Below are positions 15,734 through 20,000 of a stretch of 20,000 nucleotides of DNA, one piece after another (the first letter of the stretch is position 1; every line of letters starts with the position of its first letter). The stretch is from an uncultured virus (IMG/VR IMGVR_UViG_3300037249_000775) (taxonomy: Duplodnaviria; Heunggongvirae; Uroviricota; Caudoviricetes). The DNA is taken from IMG/VR virus record IMGVR_UViG_3300037249_000775. One strand, given 5' to 3'. The translations under genes were made by a program, and so were the position numbers. The notes beneath the pieces are model-generated. The model was not told where the DNA came from. It made no database searches and saw only the letters and a program-made list of their open reading frames with translations.

Positions 15734-15746
15734 TACATTTATTTAA
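15734..15746 (+). promoter_or_regulatory. Putative phage late promoter TACA-N6-TAA
   Basis: taca-tttatt-taa upstream of the ATG at 15772. Confidence 0.5.
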
Positions 15747-15771
15747 TATATTAAAGAAAAGAGGCTTTATT

Positions 15772-16145
15772 ATGCCCACAACAAATTCGAGTATTCAATT
15801 TAAACATGGTTTACAAGAAGCTTTTAGTAGTATTACAAAAGATTCTAACACAATTTATTTTATTACAGATACAAATAGATTATTGTAGGTGATAGTGAGT
15901 ATACTCGTCCTGTACAACATGGAAGTGAGTTACCCACAAGTAAAAATCCTGCTAACTCTTTATTTGTAAAAGAGACAGGTACTGCACGTGAGCTTTACTA
16001 TAGTAAAGACGGTACAGCATGGGATATGATTGCTTATTTACCCGCTACAATTACTGGCGGTGTATTTGGTGATAATACAGCTGGAACTGTAGCTTATGGT
16101 GGTACAGTAAAAGTTCCTAAGGTTACAGTAGACAATATCTGCTAA
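15772..16145 (+). pseudogene. Frameshifted and truncated tail-fibre gene, paralogue of 18639
   Basis: MPTTNSSIQFKHG...KDSNTIYFITDTNRL then TAG at 15886. The shifted frame continues VGDSEYTRPV...LYYSKDGTAW...KVPKVTVDN, collinear with the 18639 protein, and stops at 16143-16145. Confidence 0.85.
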
Positions 16146-16166
16146 TATTTCTAATGTTTTATCCAT
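16138..16166 (-). pseudogene. 5' remnant of a paralogue of the 17654-18298 gene
   Basis: The minus strand reads MDKTLEILAD versus MNETLKILAE, with the same RBS (GAGGA) and promoter upstream. Similarity ends at the junction with the fibre pseudogene. Confidence 0.75.
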
Positions 16167-16202
16167 GTCATGTTCCTCTTTTCGACTTTTTTCGACAATA
16201 AT

Positions 16203-16230
16203 ATTATACACTATTTTTTTAAAAAGTCAA
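16203..16230 (-). promoter_or_regulatory. SigmaA/sigma70-type promoter TTGACT-N16-TATAAT
   Basis: Minus-strand TTGACT (16230-16225) and TATAAT (16208-16203). Confidence 0.7.
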
Positions 16231-16307
16231 GGGTGGTTATGTTTAAAGAAAACTCCGTGTTTTTCATATAAAATAAAGAAAAATTTCATTTGAAAAGGAG
16301 AGATTAC

Positions 16308-17561
16308 ATGCCAAATGAAAAGGTACAATTTAAAAGAGGTATCGCTGCGAACCTTCCTGTAACTATGACTGCAGGTCAGATTTTAATTGAAACAGATACT
16401 GGAAATATGTATGTTGATGATTCCAATAATTCAAGAGTACAAATAAAAGATAACTCTAAAATTCAGTCTATTGTAGGGGACGGTTCTTCTACAACAATTA
16501 CGTATAATAAAGGAGATGGCTCAAACGGGAGCTTTATCACTAAAGACACTACATACTCGAATGCAACAACTTCTACCGCAGGACTGATGAGTGCGGCAGA
16601 TAAAACTAAAATGGACGCCATCCCATATAGTAGAAGAACTGCTGAGGGTGTGCCAGATTATAACGTGATAGGTTCTAACTCTTGTACTTTAGGAGCAAAC
16701 AATGTGGCTTCCAAATCTGCAAGTATGTCTTTTGGTGCTCAAATTGTCAATGTTGATCATAGTGCATTAGTTTGTGGAAGAATAAACACAACAACAACAA
16801 CCCCAAATGAAAGTTTGTCTGATGGAACAAGCGGAAATGTTTTTATTGTTGGCAATGGTACTCGTACAGCTGTAGGAGATGGCTCTAGCTATACTTTTAA
16901 TCGTTCAAATGCTTTTAGAGTATCTTACACAGGAGCAACATATGGCAACGGGGCTTTCAACACTTCTGGTGCCGATTATGCGGAATTTATTAAACCTTGG
17001 TTTGATGGCAACCCAGATAATGAGGACCGCATTGGCTATATGGTAACAATAAAGGATGGCTATTTATATAAAGCAAATGAGGGAGATCACATTATTGGTA
17101 TTACTTCTGGAAATCCTTCTATTGTTGGTAATGCGGATGAAAACTATTATTGGAAATATGAACGAGATGTTTTTAACCGTATTATTTATGAAGATGTAGA
17201 AGAAATAAAAGATCAAGAGATTGAGACGACTTCTTATGATGAGAATGGCAATCTAATAATTATAAAGGACACTGTCCCTGTTAAAACAGGTAAAATTATT
17301 AAAAATGGAAAACCTAAAATTTCTTCTTCTTATAATGAAGATTTACAAAGTTCATATATAGAAAGAAAAGACAGACCTGAATGGTCTTATGTTGGTATGA
17401 GGGGGATCGTCCCTGTTCGAGACGACGGAACCTGTGTTGCTGGCGGCTTCTGCAAATGTGGAACAGAGGGTGTCGCAACATATACTTCGCAGCAAAATTT
17501 TGAAACATATTATGTAATTGAAAGAATTGCAGAAAATATTATTTCCATAGAAGTAAAATAA
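16308..17561 (+). CDS. Tail fibre/appendage protein with C-terminal peptidase G2 intramolecular chaperone
   Basis: N-terminal VQFKRG...ETDTGNMYVD, ATTSTAGLMSAADKTK, and C-terminal SGADYAEF...WFDGNPDNEDRIGYMVT...RPEWSYVGMRG.VPVRDDGTC. RBS AAGGAGAG favours the ATG at 16308. Confidence 0.85.
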   Translation: MPNEKVQFKRGIAANLPVTMTAGQILIETDTGNMYVDDSNNSRVQIKDNSKIQSIVGDGSSTTITYNKGDGSNGSFITKDTTYSNATTSTAGLMSAADKTKMDAIPYSRRTAEGVPDYNVIGSNSCTLGANNVASKSASMSFGAQIVNVDHSALVCGRINTTTTTPNESLSDGTSGNVFIVGNGTRTAVGDGSSYTFNRSNAFRVSYTGATYGNGAFNTSGADYAEFIKPWFDGNPDNEDRIGYMVTIKDGYLYKANEGDHIIGITSGNPSIVGNADENYYWKYERDVFNRIIYEDVEEIKDQEIETTSYDENGNLIIIKDTVPVKTGKIIKNGKPKISSSYNEDLQSSYIERKDRPEWSYVGMRGIVPVRDDGTCVAGGFCKCGTEGVATYTSQQNFETYYVIERIAENIISIEVK

Positions 17562-17653
17562 AATTAAAGAGATGAAAGATGTGGCAGAATAGGTAATAAA
17601 ATTTTCAAAAGAGGTAGAGAGCAATCTTTATAGATACAACAAAAGGCAATAAG

Positions 17654-18298
17654 TCAGTAAGAGTTTCTATTTCGGTGTGCGGCTACCCGCAGCTGAGTAT
17701 TAGTAATATTAATATAAGTACCTTTAACTCCTTGAGAAACAACATCTGCCACTTTGTACTCTTGCATCTTCTTCAAGAGTGAAGTCCATACTGGACGAGA
17801 AATATTATACTTTTTAATCATTGCGGAAATGCTAATGTTGCCAGAACTGCCAATTTCTGCCACTATGCTTTTATAAGCTCTTGTTTCGCCATGGCTTAGC
17901 TGATTAAAGAAAAAATCCTCTGAACAGCCTGTATCAAATTCAGCACTTAGAGCTGTTTTAAAAAGTAGAATTAAACCATCATCTATTGTGTCTGAGCATA
18001 AGAAATAATTTTCAAAAATATCGTTGTAATTTATTATGCTAAATTGATTTGTGATAAAATCTTGAGAGTATTTTTTAAATTCTCTAATATCAACGGTTAG
18101 TATTTCTTTTCCAGTTGCTAACTGTATTTCGGTATTCATATCCTTATTTAAAATCAATTCATTAAAAGACGGCACTATAAAAACTATATCTACATCCATT
18201 ATGTTGCTATCCTCTCTTACATTTTTAAATTCCAATATAGCAACGATATGATTTATATCATAGCACTTTTCTGCTAAAATTTTTAATGTTTCATTCAT
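17654..18298 (-). CDS. Protein with C-terminal CodY-like winged HTH and degenerate nucleotidyltransferase-like N-terminus
   Basis: QLSHGETRAYKSIVAEIG.SGNISISAMIKKYNISRPVWTSLLKKMQEYKVADVVSQGVKGTYINITN aligns with the CodY C-terminus (SLSYSELEA...[36 protein letters not shown]). Has its own RBS and promoter; no GAF domain recognised. Confidence 0.8.
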   Translation of the reverse strand: MNETLKILAEKCYDINHIVAILEFKNVREDSNIMDVDIVFIVPSFNELILNKDMNTEIQLATGKEILTVDIREFKKYSQDFITNQFSIINYNDIFENYFLCSDTIDDGLILLFKTALSAEFDTGCSEDFFFNQLSHGETRAYKSIVAEIGSSGNISISAMIKKYNISRPVWTSLLKKMQEYKVADVVSQGVKGTYINITNTQLRVAAHRNRNSY

Positions 18299-18366
18299 AA
18301 TTCTATTTCCTCTTTTCGACTTTTTTCGACATTTTTATTATACATTATTTTTTATTAAAAGTCAAG
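18270..18366 (+). repeat. Direct repeat copy 2
   Basis: Matches 16138-16231. Confidence 0.9.
18337..18365 (-). promoter_or_regulatory. SigmaA/sigma70-type promoter TTGACT-N17-TATAAT for the CodY-like gene
   Basis: Minus-strand TTGACT (18365-18360), 17-nt spacer, TATAAT (18342-18337). The leader contains GTCGAAAA twice, then the GAGGA RBS. Confidence 0.8.
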
Positions 18367-18638
18367 TCCAAAACCATATGGAATTATTATATTAAAGAGG
18401 ATATGCCTAATGATTAAAGATAGAATGGACAATGTGTTTGCCCAGAAAACAGATACCTGATTAAAGTTAAACCATTATCTGAGTTACCCGATAAGTACAA
18501 TATTAAATGGTAAAATAAGAAGATAGAACAACATTATTTTATCCTTTTAATTTAATATTATTAATGTCTTTTTGACATATAAAAGAAAGATATCTATTTT
18601 ACAATAGAATCAAATCTTTATAGAAAGGAAGTTTTTGC

Positions 18639-20000
18639 ATGCCAACAAATAATGTTAAATTCAAACGTGGTACTATGGCAGCCTTTGCAAACGTCGCCAC
18701 CAAAGATCCGAATACTATTTATTTCATTACAGATACTAATAGAATTTACGTTGGTGATTCAGAATATTCTCGTCCAGTGTTATATGGAAACGCGGCTCCA
18801 TCTAATACGATGCCACAAGGTACCCTATATATAAGAGAAATTACTGAAAACAATATCACCCGCCAACAATTATATTATTCCAATGGCAGTACATGGACCG
18901 CTGTTAATATAGAGCCGGGAGATATCCTTGCAGAAGCCATAACGGCAGGGAATGATGGCAACGTTACCCCAACTAATTCCGCAACAACTTTTAAAGTTCC
19001 AACGATTACTGTTGATACAAAAGGTAGGGTTAGTAATGCAGTTGAGAGAACTATTGATTTAGTTAACTTTATGCCAAAAAGCGGTGGAACTTTTACTGGA
19101 GATGTAGTCTTTAATAGAACGCTGGAAACTACAAGTAATATACGCCTATACAGGGGTACTCAAGGAAATATACCAGCTATTGATTGGGATGCTAATCCTG
19201 GCGATCTGTATATAGATGCAGCAACCGTAAGTATTTCTAGTCCAGTTACAATGAGTGGTGCCTCTACTATTTCTGCTACGCCTACAATAAACAATAGTAT
19301 TGTAAATAAGAAATACGTTGATGATAAAATTACAGAAGTATTGCAAGCAACTTCTAGTGCAATGGTTTTTAAAGGCACAATAGGTACAGATGGAACATAC
19401 TCACATGTAACATCTATTGACTTTCAATCTGCTCAGATAGGAGATACTTATAAAATCATTTCTAATGAATTACTTGGTCATGACGAATCTGCGGATCATA
19501 ATCAGCATCTTATGAAAGCAGGCGACTTACTTGTATATACTGGAAACAGTGCTTTTACTTATGTTCCTTCTGGCGATGAAGATGTTACAAGTATAAAAAT
19601 TGCTAACTCGGGTGATACAATTAATGTATCCACAACAGCACAGACAGGGACAGTAGTACTTGGTGATGTAGCGGCAAAGAAAGTATCTACTTCTACAACA
19701 CTTAATGGTAATGGTGCTAGTAATGATAATGTAGCTACAGAGTTAGCTGTTAAAACTTATGTAGATGATACAGTTGGTGCTCTTGAGAATACACTTGGTA
19801 CAGCAGCTACAACTGATGCTACTGATTATGCAACAGCAGCTCAGGGTACATTGGCAGATAATGCTATGCCTAAGAGTGGTGGTACATTTACGGGTGCAGT
19901 TACACTTGCAGGTGCCCCAACAACCGACCTTAATGCTGCTACAAAGAAATATGTAGATGATTCAGTTTCTGGTGTTACTGATACGAAAGTAACAACTGTT
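18639..20000 (+). CDS. Tail fibre protein (3'-truncated; not in ORF track)
   Basis: RBS AAAGGAAG. MPTNNVKFKRGTMAAF...DPNTIYFITDTNRIYVGDSEYSRPV... is open for 454 codons to the window end, with MPKSGGTFTG twice, KxYVDD three times and YATAAQGTLADNA. Confidence 0.9.
   Translation, partial: MPTNNVKFKRGTMAAFANVATKDPNTIYFITDTNRIYVGDSEYSRPVLYGNAAPSNTMPQGTLYIREITENNITRQQLYYSNGSTWTAVNIEPGDILAEAITAGNDGNVTPTNSATTFKVPTITVDTKGRVSNAVERTIDLVNFMPKSGGTFTGDVVFNRTLETTSNIRLYRGTQGNIPAIDWDANPGDLYIDAATVSISSPVTMSGASTISATPTINNSIVNKKYVDDKITEVLQATSSAMVFKGTIGTDGTYSHVTSIDFQSAQIGDTYKIISNELLGHDESADHNQHLMKAGDLLVYTGNSAFTYVPSGDEDVTSIKIANSGDTINVSTTAQTGTVVLGDVAAKKVSTSTTLNGNGASNDNVATELAVKTYVDDTVGALENTLGTAATTDATDYATAAQGTLADNAMPKSGGTFTGAVTLAGAPTTDLNAATKKYVDDSVSGVTDTKVTTV

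Larger units (their letters stand above)
16138..16231 (+). repeat. Direct repeat copy 1 (~95 bp; copy 2 at 18270-18366)
   Basis: 25-nt identical core ttcctcttttcgacttttttcgaca (16173-16197 and 18307-18331), plus shared tattataca, aaaagtcaag and tctgctaa blocks. Confidence 0.9.

Noticed and set aside
15880..15890. TAG readthrough/alternative genetic code or programmed frameshift
   Set aside because: Homology continues in a different frame rather than through the TAG, there is no slippery heptamer, and the gene is truncated downstream anyway. All long genes read cleanly in the standard code.
17595..18025. CodY-box-like AATTTTCA sequences (~17599, ~18007)
   Set aside because: Only partial matches to AATTTTCWGAAAATT, expected by chance in such AT-rich DNA.
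17654..18298. Bona fide host codY gene
   Set aside because: Only the wHTH resembles CodY; no GAF domain is recognisable and the recognition helix is divergent.
16138..18366. Invertible tail-fibre shufflon or IS element
   Set aside because: The repeats are direct rather than inverted and correspond to a promoter plus gene start. No recombinase, transposase or target-site duplication was seen.
17314..19956. Shadow ORFs 17314-17508, 17352-17624, 18652-18834, 19146-19346, 19160-19378, 19765-19956
   Set aside because: They overlap the 16308 fibre or the open 18639->20000 fibre frame, which the track missed because it has no stop in the window.

Overview
AT-rich segment of a jumbo myophage genome of the phiKZ/AR9(PBS1)-like type, which encodes its own multisubunit RNA polymerase. 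The host is probably a Firmicute, inferred from BspA-type LRRs, a CodY-like wHTH and strong AGGAGG RBSs. The left half is a late/structural block: terminase large subunit (5'-truncated), two hypothetical proteins, a 245-aa protein resembling the missing C-terminal piece of RNAP beta', tail sheath, tail tube, and a 926-aa beta'-like subunit (GDYDGD) that stops just after the trigger-loop His. The right half is a variable fibre/adhesin region. It holds two Mtd_N-like paralogues, six ORFs sharing an unannotated ~30-aa N-terminal peptide (three stand-alone, three fused to BspA-type LRRs), and a frameshifted, truncated fibre pseudogene. It also holds a ~2.2-kb cassette bounded by ~95-bp direct repeats (peptidase-G2 fibre plus a minus-strand NTase-like/CodY-wHTH gene with a sigmaA-type promoter) and a fibre gene running off the right end. 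An ACA-N6-TAA motif resembling the AR9 late promoter precedes most late transcription units. All family assignments are by-eye motif recognition; no searches were run.
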